NCBI GenBank assembly: GCA_963665235.2
Contig: CAXXLX010000001.1
Coordinates: 1,056,001-1,120,000, forward strand
Length of the DNA: 64,000 bases
Direction of reading: 5' to 3'
From: Candidatus Poribacteria bacterium
Lineage (GTDB): Bacteria > Poribacteria > WGA-4E > WGA-3G
Both the position numbers and the translations under genes were made by a program. A model generated the notes under the pieces. It worked only from the letters and a program-made list of their open reading frames with translations. It was not told the origin of the DNA and did not search any database. Positions 47,686 to 57,453 of the stretch are shown here, one piece after another. How positions within the stretch are numbered: position 1 is the first letter of the stretch; the number at the start of each line of letters is the position of its first letter.

Positions 47686-48546
47686 ATGAAACGTCCGCAA
47701 CCGACCTGCACAAAACAGATTACCCGTTGGCATCAGTCGAAACCGATGCCCACTAAAGACGAGCTCGTTGTTGAAGAACCGCTTGAAATTCGGGTTAGTC
47801 AACAGAGTTTAATCGTTGTTATGCGGACCCCAGGGCACGATTTTGAATTAGCAGCCGGTTTTCTTTATACCGAGGGCCTCATAACGGAGAGCGATGATAT
47901 TGAAATCATAGCGTACTGCGATGATGAAGGGCAGGCTGAAGTGGAAACAGACACACAAAAACCGCTCCTATCGCCGATGCAAAACATCGTCAACGTGCAG
48001 CTCGGACAAGCACTGAACCTAGAGACACAAACGGGATGGCAGCGAAACTTTCACGCAAACGCCAGCTGCGGGCTCTGCGGCAAAATGACAATTGAATCCG
48101 TTAAACATCAGGTGCCCCCGTTGCGGACAACGTTTCATGTGAATCAAGCTGTCTGTTATCAACTCAACGACCGCTTACGAACCGCACAATCGGTCTTTGA
48201 AAAAACGGGGGGGTTACACGCCGCGGGGCTGTTTGATGAAAATGGAGAACTTCTCATCATCAGAGAGGATATCGGAAGACATAATGCGGTAGATAAGGTT
48301 ATCGGACAAGCGTTGTTGGCTGATATGCTGCCGCTTGGTCAGCATATTTTGATGGTAAGCGGACGGGCTAGTTTTGAAATTGTACAAAAGGCACTATTCG
48401 CTAGAATCCCGATAGTCGTTGCCGTCTCGGCTGCGTCCACACTTGCTGTCGACCTTGCAGAAGAAGGGAATCTCACCTTAATCGGTTTCATGCGGGGACA
48501 AAGCATGGCGGTCTATAGCCGTCCAGAGCGAATTCGGCAGGAATAG
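47686..48546 (+). CDS. fdhD: Formate dehydrogenase accessory sulfurtransferase
   Basis: EEPLEI, MRTPG, SCGLCG, TGGLHAA, REDIGRHNAVDK, SGRASFE. Confidence 0.95.
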   Translation: MKRPQPTCTKQITRWHQSKPMPTKDELVVEEPLEIRVSQQSLIVVMRTPGHDFELAAGFLYTEGLITESDDIEIIAYCDDEGQAEVETDTQKPLLSPMQNIVNVQLGQALNLETQTGWQRNFHANASCGLCGKMTIESVKHQVPPLRTTFHVNQAVCYQLNDRLRTAQSVFEKTGGLHAAGLFDENGELLIIREDIGRHNAVDKVIGQALLADMLPLGQHILMVSGRASFEIVQKALFARIPIVVAVSAASTLAVDLAEEGNLTLIGFMRGQSMAVYSRPERIRQE

Positions 48547-48642
48547 GAAAAAACGAAAATAGATGGCTGGCAAAGTTTTTACTATCTTTTTTGTATCGTA
48601 ACGTCTCTATAAGATTAAATAAAACTTAAAAGGAGTAAAATA

Positions 48643-48933
48643 GTGATAAATTTCATTTTAGAGAGCCTCCAACTTTTCGTTAATCTGATATTCCTCGCGG
48701 TTGTTGTTGGCACCTTAGGCATCTCGGCACTATACGCCGGGCGGTTAAAAAAACGGTACAATGCGCCCTTCCCATGGAGCAAAACGGCGGCTATCGTAGG
48801 TATCGAAGTCCTGCTTTGGATTGGGTTTAACATCTTCTTTGAAGCATTTCAAGCCAACTGGTTATGGATTTCAATCGCGTCTGTTATTCTTATCGTTTTG
48901 ATTGTCTCGCGAAAAAAGCGGAAATATACCTGA
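48643..48933 (+). CDS. Small three-TM membrane protein
   Basis: AGGAG RBS, hydrophobic helices, basic tail. Confidence 0.65.
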   Translation: MINFILESLQLFVNLIFLAVVVGTLGISALYAGRLKKRYNAPFPWSKTAAIVGIEVLLWIGFNIFFEAFQANWLWISIASVILIVLIVSRKKRKYT

Positions 48934-49013
48934 ACTAACAAATTATTCATTGTAGGCACTTTCAAAACGTGCCTACAATGTGCTAAATTAACGCGGAAAC
49001 AGGAGGCGGAAAC

Positions 49014-50066
49014 ATGCCCCGAACAGGAAGAGCTGTAGTAGCCTACGGCAAAGATTTTGAAATTCGCGAATACCCGATCCCCGAACCTGCCCCGAACACC
49101 CTGCTACTCCGCCAAGAGTTAGCCGGTATATGCGGTACCGACCTGCATAATTGGCAAAACGGTTTCCAAAAGGAAATCCTATTGGGGCATGAAAATGTCG
49201 GCATCGTTGAAGCAATCGGGGAAGGTGTCACAACGGACTATGTTGGTAAACCGATTAAAGAGGGAGATAGGCTCATCTTTGCACCGGGGACAAACTATGG
49301 CGGTTACGGGTTTCAATGGAATCCGGATGAAGCTCCCCATTTCCGTGGCGGGTTCGCCGATTATATGTATCTGACCTATCCCAACACCTGTTTTATGAAA
49401 ACGGATGCATCGCCAGAGGTTGCAGTCCTTACAGAGCCTTTCACTGTAGGCGTTCATGCAGTGATGCGTGGGGAGATAAAATTAGGCGATACAGTTGTCG
49501 TGCAAGGGTCAGGGGCCATCGGTCTTGTAACGCTTGCCTGTGCAAAATTGAGCGGTGCCGCAAAAGTAATTATGGTCGGTGGCCCCGCCGGACGCTTAGA
49601 ACTTGCAAAACGGTTCGGTGCAGATGTCACTATCGATATTGAAGAGGTACCCTCCGCTGAGGAGCGGACAGAGCTTGTGAAAGCGGAAACCCCGCGCAGT
49701 GCTGGCGCAGATGTCGTCTTTGAATGTGCTGGATTTCTCCCCGCTACCCCTGAAGGCTTGGGTTACACGCGACACAGCGGCACCTTTGTCGAAGTCGGTC
49801 ATTTTGTAGATATGGGCTCAATTGATTTCAACATCAATCAGCTGCTTATGCGTAAAAATCTTCGCGTTGAGGCAATTTGGGGCAGCAGCTATGAGCACTT
49901 CGTCCGTGGACTGCCGCTTCTCGAAAAAAGTGAATTACCCTTCGCAGATATGATTAGTCATCAACTGCCGCTCTCCCAAGTTGAAGATGGGTTTAAGGCA
50001 CTTGATGGAGGTTACCGTATTAACGGCGAAACAGCAATCAAAATCGCTGTCCGCGCCGAGGGATAA
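49014..50066 (+). CDS. Zinc-binding (MDR) alcohol dehydrogenase
   Basis: GICGTD, GHE, GSGAIG. Confidence 0.9.
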   Translation: MPRTGRAVVAYGKDFEIREYPIPEPAPNTLLLRQELAGICGTDLHNWQNGFQKEILLGHENVGIVEAIGEGVTTDYVGKPIKEGDRLIFAPGTNYGGYGFQWNPDEAPHFRGGFADYMYLTYPNTCFMKTDASPEVAVLTEPFTVGVHAVMRGEIKLGDTVVVQGSGAIGLVTLACAKLSGAAKVIMVGGPAGRLELAKRFGADVTIDIEEVPSAEERTELVKAETPRSAGADVVFECAGFLPATPEGLGYTRHSGTFVEVGHFVDMGSIDFNINQLLMRKNLRVEAIWGSSYEHFVRGLPLLEKSELPFADMISHQLPLSQVEDGFKALDGGYRINGETAIKIAVRAEG

Positions 50067-50261
50067 TAGACCGAACACATTAATATAACCTAAGTTGCCA
50101 CATAGTAGCACAAACTTCCTAGTTTGTGTCATAAGGGCGCAAACTGGAAGTTTACGGTACAAGATATTGGCGAATTATAATCATTTTTTGCCTAAAGACG
50201 GAGTGCCCATGTCTAAAAACTTATAGGTAGCAACTTGGATTAATAGAGGAGATTAAAACTC

Positions 50262-51281
50262 ATGTCAAAAACCTATCGCGTTGGCTTCGCCTCCTTAGTC
50301 CACGACCACGTCTGGGGAGAGCTGAATCGGTGGAAGGCGCATCCAAACGTTGAAATCGTCGCAGCAGGTGATGTCAACGCGGAATTACGCGACCGATTCA
50401 AAGCGGAAAGTGGCATCAACACCGTCTATGATTCATGGCAGGACATGCTAGAAAAAGCGGAGCTGGACATTGTTCAAGCATCAGCAGAAAACAACGCAGG
50501 CCCGGATATCGTTGAAGCTGCAGCAGCGAGAGGAATTCACGTCGTTTCCGAAAAACCGATGGCAGCACGACTGGACCAAGCGGAGCAGATGCTTAACGCT
50601 GCGGAAAAAGCGGGTACCGCTCTGATGATTAATTGGCCTACTGCTTGGAGCCCTGCCCTCAATACGGCAATGCAGCTTATCAAAGATGGCGCAATCGGTG
50701 ATGTTTTCTATTTCAAATGGCGTTCCGCACATAACGGGCCAAAGGAAATTGGATGCTCGCGCTACTTCTATGAGTGGTTATACGATGAAGAGAAAAACGG
50801 GGCAGGGGCATTGATGGATTACTGCTGTTATTGCGCGGATATGTGTGCCTACCTACTCGGTTTACCGGAACAGGTAACAGCCTTCCGGGGCACCTTTGTC
50901 AAAGACTATCCCTTGCCGGACGATAACGCCGTTATCCTTATGAAATATGGAAACGCCTTCGGTATTACGGAAGCCTCTTGGACACAGAAGGTTGGTTATG
51001 TCACACCAAATCCCGTGGTCTACGGTACAGAGGGCGCGCTGACGGTAACCGGCAATCAGGTAAACCTAAGCCCTGCAGGCGGCGATGCACACACCGTAGA
51101 CCCCGACCCACTTCCGGAGGGCAAACGAAACGCCCCGGAATACCTCATTCACTGTCTGGAAACGGGTGAACCGATTGAGGGGTTATGTTGTCCCAAAATC
51201 AGCCGAGATGCACAAGAAATCCTTGAAGCAGGCCTCATTTCAGCGGACAGCGGACAGGTCGTCAACTTACCGATGACGTAA
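50262..51281 (+). CDS. Gfo/Idh/MocA family oxidoreductase
   Basis: HVVSEKPMA, GAGALMDYCCY. Confidence 0.85.
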   Translation: MSKTYRVGFASLVHDHVWGELNRWKAHPNVEIVAAGDVNAELRDRFKAESGINTVYDSWQDMLEKAELDIVQASAENNAGPDIVEAAAARGIHVVSEKPMAARLDQAEQMLNAAEKAGTALMINWPTAWSPALNTAMQLIKDGAIGDVFYFKWRSAHNGPKEIGCSRYFYEWLYDEEKNGAGALMDYCCYCADMCAYLLGLPEQVTAFRGTFVKDYPLPDDNAVILMKYGNAFGITEASWTQKVGYVTPNPVVYGTEGALTVTGNQVNLSPAGGDAHTVDPDPLPEGKRNAPEYLIHCLETGEPIEGLCCPKISRDAQEILEAGLISADSGQVVNLPMT

Positions 51282-51324
51282 GTGCGAACGTCCGGCAGCT
51301 CGCTAGTGTTCTGTTTATCTTAAA

Positions 51325-51450
51325 TATGACTATTGGCTTTTGGCAAGACGCTTCGATACATCAAAGGATACATCAAAGCGGTTTGATGCGCGTCAGAGGT
51401 TTCAAATACCTCTCTTGCCAACTGCTAATTGCCAATTGCTAATTGCCAAA
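51325..51450. repeat. Heptamer-armed palindromic element, copy E
   Basis: TGATGCGCGTCAGA core, TCTTGCCAA then (GCTAATT/GCCAATT)n. Confidence 0.7.
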
Positions 51451-51473
51451 TTACAAGAAAGGAAAATGTTATT

Positions 51474-52232
51474 ATGAGCGATAGAATTCCGATTGCGTTA
51501 CAACTATATTCCGTTAGAGAAGATTGTGCTCGAGACCTATCCCTTACACTGCAAGCAGTCGCACAGATGGGATATGAAGGCGTTGAATTTGCTGGCTACT
51601 ACGACCGGTCAGCAGAAGAATTGCGGGATATGTGTGACGACCTTGAATTAAAAGTTGTCGGCACCCATACCGGTTTGAACACACTCCTCGGAGATGAACT
51701 TGACAAAACAGTGGCGTTCAATCAGATTCTCGGCAATCCGTATCTGATTGTCCCGGGGTTACCCGAACAGTCCCGGAACTCACGGGAGGCTTGGTTAAAC
51801 ACAGCGAAACTTTTCAACGAAATTGCGGAAAAAATCGCTGACCAAGGGATGTTCACCGGGTATCATAATCATGCTGTTGAATTTGCACCGATGGAGGGTG
51901 AACTGCCTTGGGATATCTTCTTCGGAAACACCCGGGACGATGTCGTTATGCAACTTGACACCGGTAATTCCCTTCACGGCGGGGCTGATTCCGTACCGTT
52001 TCTAGAACGTTATCCCGGCAGAGCGAAGTTAGTGCATCTGAAGGAATATTCGGCTACTAACAACAAAGCCCTCATTGGGGAAGGCGATGTCCGTTGGGAT
52101 GACCTATTTGAGGCGTGCGAAACTATCGGGGGCACCGAATGGTATATCGTTGAGCAGGAAAGTTACGCGTACCCTCCGATTGAATGTGTAGAACGTTGCT
52201 TGGAAAATCTACGGAAAATGGGAAAAATATAG
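51474..52232 (+). CDS. Sugar phosphate isomerase/epimerase (TIM barrel)
   Basis: LQLYSVR, GYEGVEFA, YHNH, QLDTG, HLKE, IVEQE. Confidence 0.9.
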   Translation: MSDRIPIALQLYSVREDCARDLSLTLQAVAQMGYEGVEFAGYYDRSAEELRDMCDDLELKVVGTHTGLNTLLGDELDKTVAFNQILGNPYLIVPGLPEQSRNSREAWLNTAKLFNEIAEKIADQGMFTGYHNHAVEFAPMEGELPWDIFFGNTRDDVVMQLDTGNSLHGGADSVPFLERYPGRAKLVHLKEYSATNNKALIGEGDVRWDDLFEACETIGGTEWYIVEQESYAYPPIECVERCLENLRKMGKI

Positions 52233-52234
52233 TT

Positions 52235-52978
52235 TTGAACGGGACGGATGCTTTGCGGTCAGAAGGCCGGGCATACACCGTTGAGACGGAGCTCCTGCTC
52301 TGGTGGGAAGATTTCTACCTACCTGTCTTTGAGTATGTCCTGCCGAAAATGGGAACATTAGCGGGCAAAAAAGTGCTTGAGTTAGGCACAGGCACGGGGG
52401 GCACTGCGACGCTGCTTGCTAAACAGGGGGCATCTGTTTTCGGCATCGATCTGTTGTCTTTTCGGCTTGTTGAAGCGAAGGAACGGGCAATTCAACACGA
52501 CGTTGCCGAGGCAGTTCACTTTTCGCTGATGGATGCAACGCAACTTGCATTTCCAGACAATACCTTCGACTTTATCATCTCAAAATCTGTCTTGGTTTTC
52601 ACCGAGCATGCGGAAACGGCGAAGGAGTGCTATCGTGTTCTGAAACCGGGGGGCAAGGCAATTTTCATAGAAAATATGCAAAACCACCCGATGGTGTGGC
52701 TGTATCGCAAGGTATTCCTGAAATACTCCCGCGAGCTGCACTATTTTTCACTTGCGGATATTGAGGCAATTGGCGGGGAATTTGAGCAGATGGAACATCG
52801 TCAATTTCATCTCTTCTCCTTAGCCGCGCTGTTCTGGAAACGCGCTATCCCGATTCAACCGTTTTACCGGTGGACCTTTCGACTTCTCAAAGCAATTGAT
52901 AGCAAGCTTTTAAGACTGTTCCCGACACTCAAACGTTTCTGCTGGATTGCTGCGATGATTTGCCACAAAGAACGTTGA
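52235..52978 (+). CDS. Class I SAM-dependent methyltransferase
   Basis: VLELGTGTG, FPDNTFD, RVLKPGG; start uncertain. Confidence 0.88.
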   Translation: MNGTDALRSEGRAYTVETELLLWWEDFYLPVFEYVLPKMGTLAGKKVLELGTGTGGTATLLAKQGASVFGIDLLSFRLVEAKERAIQHDVAEAVHFSLMDATQLAFPDNTFDFIISKSVLVFTEHAETAKECYRVLKPGGKAIFIENMQNHPMVWLYRKVFLKYSRELHYFSLADIEAIGGEFEQMEHRQFHLFSLAALFWKRAIPIQPFYRWTFRLLKAIDSKLLRLFPTLKRFCWIAAMICHKER

Positions 52979-53063
52979 ACGTTTCACCTTGTTCGGGCGA
53001 GAAGCCCAATGCTTTAGCTTTGGGAGGAAAGCCCGCTAACCCCGTTGGTACATCGTTTTTAAC

Positions 53064-53092
53064 TTGACATTGACCATAAAACATGGTATAAT
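53064..53092 (+). promoter_or_regulatory. tnpB promoter
   Basis: TTGACA-17 nt-TATAAT. Confidence 0.75.
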
Positions 53093-53188
53093 TAAAGTAT
53101 TAAGTTGGCGGACATTCTTAGCGTTACCGCTTGGTAATGTGTCCGCTTCCCACTAAGAAGGGGATAAACGCTTGATGCTTAATATACT

Positions 53189-54451
53189 ATGAAACTAACT
53201 TTCAGATACCCTGTGTATCCTACGAAAACACAGGAAACAACATTATTAGACTGGCTTGCCCATTTGTGTGAACTTCAGAACTCTGCTCGCCATGATCGCA
53301 AGGTCGCTTGGGAAACGGAACGCGAAAAAGTTTCTTGCTACGACCAACAACGGAAGTTGACGGTTGCGCGTAAAAAATACGATGACTTTCGCGAAGTCCC
53401 ACAAGATATGCAAGTCTGTGCTTTGGAACGTAACGATAAAGCCTTCGACGGTTTCTATAGACGCTGCGAAGAAGGCACTGCGAAAAAAGGGTATCCAAGA
53501 CACAGAAAAAGCATAAAGTCTATGTCGTGGAAACTCCGCAAGTCCAAAGGTATTCGCGAGCATCCGATACGCGAAACAGCATGGAAACACGACCGTTTGA
53601 AAGTCCCCAAACTTGGCGAAGTCAAAATCTATATGCACCGCCCGCTTCAAGGGGATCCCAAAGGCGTTACGCTCGTTAGAAAAGCAAGTGGCTGGTATGC
53701 TCATATTACCTGTGAACTCACGGACACCCCGAAGGTTGACCCAACAACTGCTATAGCTGTTGATATGGGAACGATGCATTATCTGACAACATCCGGAGGC
53801 GAAAGAGAGAACAACCCACGCTGGTATCGTCAAGCAGAAGGTTTAACCCAAAAACATTCCAAAGACCTTTCTCGAAAGAAAAAAGGTAGCAACCGTTCAA
53901 AGAAACAACAACACAAACTTGCATTACACCACGAGCGAACCGCGAACAGACGCAAAGACTTTATTGGCAAACTCATCTACAAACTCTACCACCACAAGAA
54001 AAACAGTGTATTAGTGGCAGAGGACTTAAGCGTTTCTAACATGGTCAAGAACAAACACCTCAGCAAGAGTATTAGCGATGCGTCTTGGGCAACCTTCTTT
54101 GAGTGGTGTGGAAACATAGCCGAAAGAGACGGTTTCCATTTCCACCAAGTTGATCCCAAAAACACTTCGCAAATCTGCTCAAGTTGCGGTGAGAAATCGC
54201 CAAAGAACCTCTCTCTGGCGATACGGACCTTTAATTGCAGTTTCTGTGGCACGTCTTTAGACCGAGACCACAACGCTGCATTAAACATTCTTTTTAAGGC
54301 AGCTGCTGCCTTTCGTGGAGAGCGGTGGGTTACCACCCTCTATGAAGCGAGAAACAAGAACGAAGCACAAGACAAAGGTTTAATAGACGCGGTACAGTTA
54401 ACGCTGTTCGATGCTCTTAACAAGCCCAAGTCTTTAGGCTTGGGTAGTTGA
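53189..54451 (+). CDS. tnpB: RNA-guided endonuclease TnpB
   Basis: AVDMG, LVAEDL, TSQICSSCG...CSFC, DRDHNAALNI. Confidence 0.94.
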   Translation: MKLTFRYPVYPTKTQETTLLDWLAHLCELQNSARHDRKVAWETEREKVSCYDQQRKLTVARKKYDDFREVPQDMQVCALERNDKAFDGFYRRCEEGTAKKGYPRHRKSIKSMSWKLRKSKGIREHPIRETAWKHDRLKVPKLGEVKIYMHRPLQGDPKGVTLVRKASGWYAHITCELTDTPKVDPTTAIAVDMGTMHYLTTSGGERENNPRWYRQAEGLTQKHSKDLSRKKKGSNRSKKQQHKLALHHERTANRRKDFIGKLIYKLYHHKKNSVLVAEDLSVSNMVKNKHLSKSISDASWATFFEWCGNIAERDGFHFHQVDPKNTSQICSSCGEKSPKNLSLAIRTFNCSFCGTSLDRDHNAALNILFKAAAAFRGERWVTTLYEARNKNEAQDKGLIDAVQLTLFDALNKPKSLGLGS

Positions 54452-55600
54452 CAAACTTTGATACACTACCTGTCCATCCAAAATTGTTGCTATCAAATCC
54501 ATTTCACAAGTTATCTGATTCCATGTAAAAACAATCAGGTTCGCTGCGCTGTTTTCTTCCATGCTGGCAACCCTCTTTTCCACACCAAGTAGTCGGGCAG
54601 GCTTTAAGGTTGCCAGCGACACAGCCTCCGCCAGCGAAATACCTGCAAATCGCACGCTGTTTTCTATCCCCCGCGCCAACGCGATTGCTGAACCGGCGAG
54701 ATATTCTGTCCCGACCAAACGGATACGCTGCGATGCAGTCAACTCCACCGCCTTACCAGCAAACTGATAGCTGCCGGGGGGCATTCCCGCTAAGGAGGTC
54801 GCGTCGCTAATGAGAATGCACCGCGCCACTGTTTTTGCCCGCATCATCGTTTTCACAACAGCAGGCGGCAGATGATGTCCATCAACAATAAGGCTTGCGT
54901 AAAGTTCATCTGCGGCGAGCTGCTCCCAAATATAGTTTGGGTGCCGTGGTATAAGCGCGTGTGCTCCGTTGCCGAGGTGTGTGGAAAGCTTCGCCCCTGC
55001 ATCAACCGCTGCATGAATATCATTCGGCGCGGCATCCGTATGGCCTAACGCCACAACTATACCGTTTTCAACTAATTTTTCAATAAACGGAATGGCCCCG
55101 TTTGTCTCAGGGGCGAGGGTCACAATGCGAATCATCCCTTCGGCGATGTCCTGCCACTGTCGAAATTCGTCCCAGTCTGGTTCCCTGACATGTTCTAATG
55201 GATGTGCTCCACGTGGTCCATCCGCCTTAGAGATATAGGGCCCTTCAAGGTGAATTCCGAGTATGGAATGGGCAACCCTTGCGTCCATTTTACACGTTTC
55301 CACAACAGCCCGGAGCGAATTTCCGGTATTTTCAAAGGAGGCAGTTATCACCGTAGGGCATAAGAAACCTGTGCCGACACGCCAGAGCGCACGAACCATG
55401 GCACACACATCCGCTGCTGTGACGGTGTCAACATTGAGTTCAAAACCAGCAAACCCGTTCACCTGGATATCTACAAGGGCAGGGGCAATCCATGTTGTGC
55501 TGTCAGCAGATGCTGCCTCCTGAATGGACTGAACGCGTCCATCGTCAAGAACAACTTCGATAGGTGTGTTATTGAAAATCTCGTGTCCACTAAATTTCAT
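54434..55600 (-). CDS. nagA: N-acetylglucosamine-6-phosphate deacetylase
   Basis: DIQVNG, GIHLEGP, GAH, TLAPE, GHT, THLGN, DGHH, SDA. Confidence 0.9.
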   Translation of the reverse strand: MKFSGHEIFNNTPIEVVLDDGRVQSIQEAASADSTTWIAPALVDIQVNGFAGFELNVDTVTAADVCAMVRALWRVGTGFLCPTVITASFENTGNSLRAVVETCKMDARVAHSILGIHLEGPYISKADGPRGAHPLEHVREPDWDEFRQWQDIAEGMIRIVTLAPETNGAIPFIEKLVENGIVVALGHTDAAPNDIHAAVDAGAKLSTHLGNGAHALIPRHPNYIWEQLAADELYASLIVDGHHLPPAVVKTMMRAKTVARCILISDATSLAGMPPGSYQFAGKAVELTASQRIRLVGTEYLAGSAIALARGIENSVRFAGISLAEAVSLATLKPARLLGVEKRVASMEENSAANLIVFTWNQITCEMDLIATILDGQVVYQSLSTTQA

Positions 55601-55602
55601 AA

Positions 55603-55755
55603 AATGTGAGTTTGAAAAAAGTTTTGACCTAGAGCGTTCTGTGGTAGTTTTAGCAAAAAACAGCACAAACTAGGAAGTTTATGCTACAATTATTCCGCTT
55701 TTTTCGCGATGAAAAAGGTTTAGAGCAAACGGATATTTATTATCAAGCTCACGTT
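55603..55755. mobile_element. MITE of the AACGTGAGTTTG family with CATAA target duplication
   Basis: AATGTGAGTTTG...CAAGCTCACGTT; CATAA at 55598-55602 and 55756-55760. Confidence 0.75.
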
Positions 55756-55794
55756 CATAAAGATTGCTCGTTGCCAGAGTGCTACCCGTGTTTT

Positions 55795-56361
55795 CTATAG
55801 CTTTCTGAGAACCAATTTTTCCGAATTCCCTTGTAGAGTGAGTCTATTTTTCCGTATAGTCCCCGCGTAATTTTGAATACCCCCAAAGTCAAGAATGATT
55901 GCCTCTTCAAGCTCCTCCTCGGTTTGACCATGGAGCAACTCCCCCAAATCCTTTGGGTCATATATAATATCAGCCCTGTCTAGAATAAGTGATACGGTTG
56001 AACCCGATACAGTGTAAGTCCCGTTTAGTTCACGAGTTAGCGTGAATTGTTGAACCGTCTCCGCATCTAGTGGAATTAATATCTGCCAACTGACATTCCA
56101 GAACCATGAATTGTTAGCGGTAAAGACAAAGCTATTTTGGGTAACCGTTATTTCTTTCTCGCCATAGCTAAACGCTAAAGACTCCTGAAATATTTCACCA
56201 TCAATTGACACGACTTCCCAAGAACCGAGTAAATCTTCCGCTGTTACTTCAAACTGTTCTTCATCCGGCGATTCTTCATCATCGCCACCGCAACCAATTA
56301 ACAGTCCTGACAAAATCAGACCGCAAAGTAGGATAAGTAGTGTGTAATTTTTATTTCGCAT
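55795..56361 (-). CDS. Lipocalin-like lipoprotein
   Basis: LIGC lipobox, LLGSWEV, GTYTVSGS. Confidence 0.7.
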   Translation of the reverse strand: MRNKNYTLLILLCGLILSGLLIGCGGDDEESPDEEQFEVTAEDLLGSWEVVSIDGEIFQESLAFSYGEKEITVTQNSFVFTANNSWFWNVSWQILIPLDAETVQQFTLTRELNGTYTVSGSTVSLILDRADIIYDPKDLGELLHGQTEEELEEAIILDFGGIQNYAGTIRKNRLTLQGNSEKLVLRKL

Positions 56362-56523
56362 CTATTTTCTGGGATTAAAACCCTAGGTCTTTAGACTTTA
56401 GGGAAAATCCGCCTCCTTCGCTAAGTTTTGCAGCAAAGCGGTGCAGATGTTTTCCTGCACACCCTGCTAAATGCAAAGTATACCATACCCTTTACTAAAA
56501 AACAATTTTTTAAAAAATTCTAG

Positions 56524-56552
56524 TTGACATATCCGCTAAAATAGCATATACT
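56524..56552 (+). promoter_or_regulatory. Sigma70-type promoter
   Basis: TTGACA-17 nt-TATACT. Confidence 0.65.
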
Positions 56553-56637
56553 TTATCATAGAGGTGCGCGTTGTCGGAAACCGCACCTGACGAATGAACG
56601 AAAAACGCAGGTGGACAAACACACTATGGAGGCAGAA

Positions 56638-57420
56638 ATGGAATATCTAACTTACGGAAAAACAGGTTTAGAAATCTCACGTCTCTGTTACGGCGCAGGT
56701 CGACTCACGGATACCTGCAAAACATATCAAGCCGGTGCCAAACTCATGCTGAAGGCATTTGACGAAGGGATTACCTTCTGGGATACCGCCGAAGGATACG
56801 GAACACAACCGCACCTCGGCGAGGCTGTCCGACAGCTTAACCGCGAAGAAATTGTCATTCAAACGAAGACAGCTGTCAAAGATTACGACAGCGCATCCGC
56901 CAGTATCGGCAAAGCACTGACCGAATTGCAAACGGACTATGTAGATGTGATGCTGTTACATGCAATCTCTTCCCCTGAAGATTTGGCAACGCGGGAACGC
57001 GAAGGCGCGTTTGATGCGTTCCGGGAAGCAAAAACCGCAGGAAAAGTCCGTGTCATCGGGTGCTCCACACATATCTACACGGGGGCGGTCATGGATGCCG
57101 TTATCGAGCATCCGGAAATAGAGGTTATCCTCACAACGGCAAATAAAGAGGGTAGAATGTTAGAGGGTGGCCCTTTTGACAAACATCTCGACTATATTCA
57201 ACGTGCATATCACCTTGGGAAAGGCATCAGCATTATGAAGGTTGTCGTAGCAGGCGATATTCCTGCGGAAGATATGCCTGAATGGATTGAATGGGGGTTC
57301 AATCTTGAAACCGCACACGCGATTAACCTCGGCATGACTGAGGAACGGCACATCACGTTGGATGTTGGAATAGCGCGCGCCAGTGCAAGGCAGCGGCTAA
57401 TCGAACGCAAGGCAGCATAG
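56638..57420 (+). CDS. Aldo/keto reductase
   Basis: GKTGLEIS, WDTAEGYG, TK, LQTDYVDVMLLH. Confidence 0.9.
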   Translation: MEYLTYGKTGLEISRLCYGAGRLTDTCKTYQAGAKLMLKAFDEGITFWDTAEGYGTQPHLGEAVRQLNREEIVIQTKTAVKDYDSASASIGKALTELQTDYVDVMLLHAISSPEDLATREREGAFDAFREAKTAGKVRVIGCSTHIYTGAVMDAVIEHPEIEVILTTANKEGRMLEGGPFDKHLDYIQRAYHLGKGISIMKVVVAGDIPAEDMPEWIEWGFNLETAHAINLGMTEERHITLDVGIARASARQRLIERKAA

Positions 57421-57453
57421 CACGTCTACCGGGAAAACTTCGGAGCAAAAACT

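Larger units (their letters stand above)
52988..54452 (+). mobile_element. IS200/IS605-family tnpB-only element
   Basis: Left hairpin CCCAATGCTTTAGCTTTGGG with guide GAAG and target TCAC; right hairpin CCCAAGTCTTTAGGCTTGGG with guide CAAG and end TGAC. Confidence 0.88.

Noticed and set aside
55601-55666. N-terminal extension of nagA
   Set aside because: Lies within the inserted MITE; the sequence fits a start at ATG 55600
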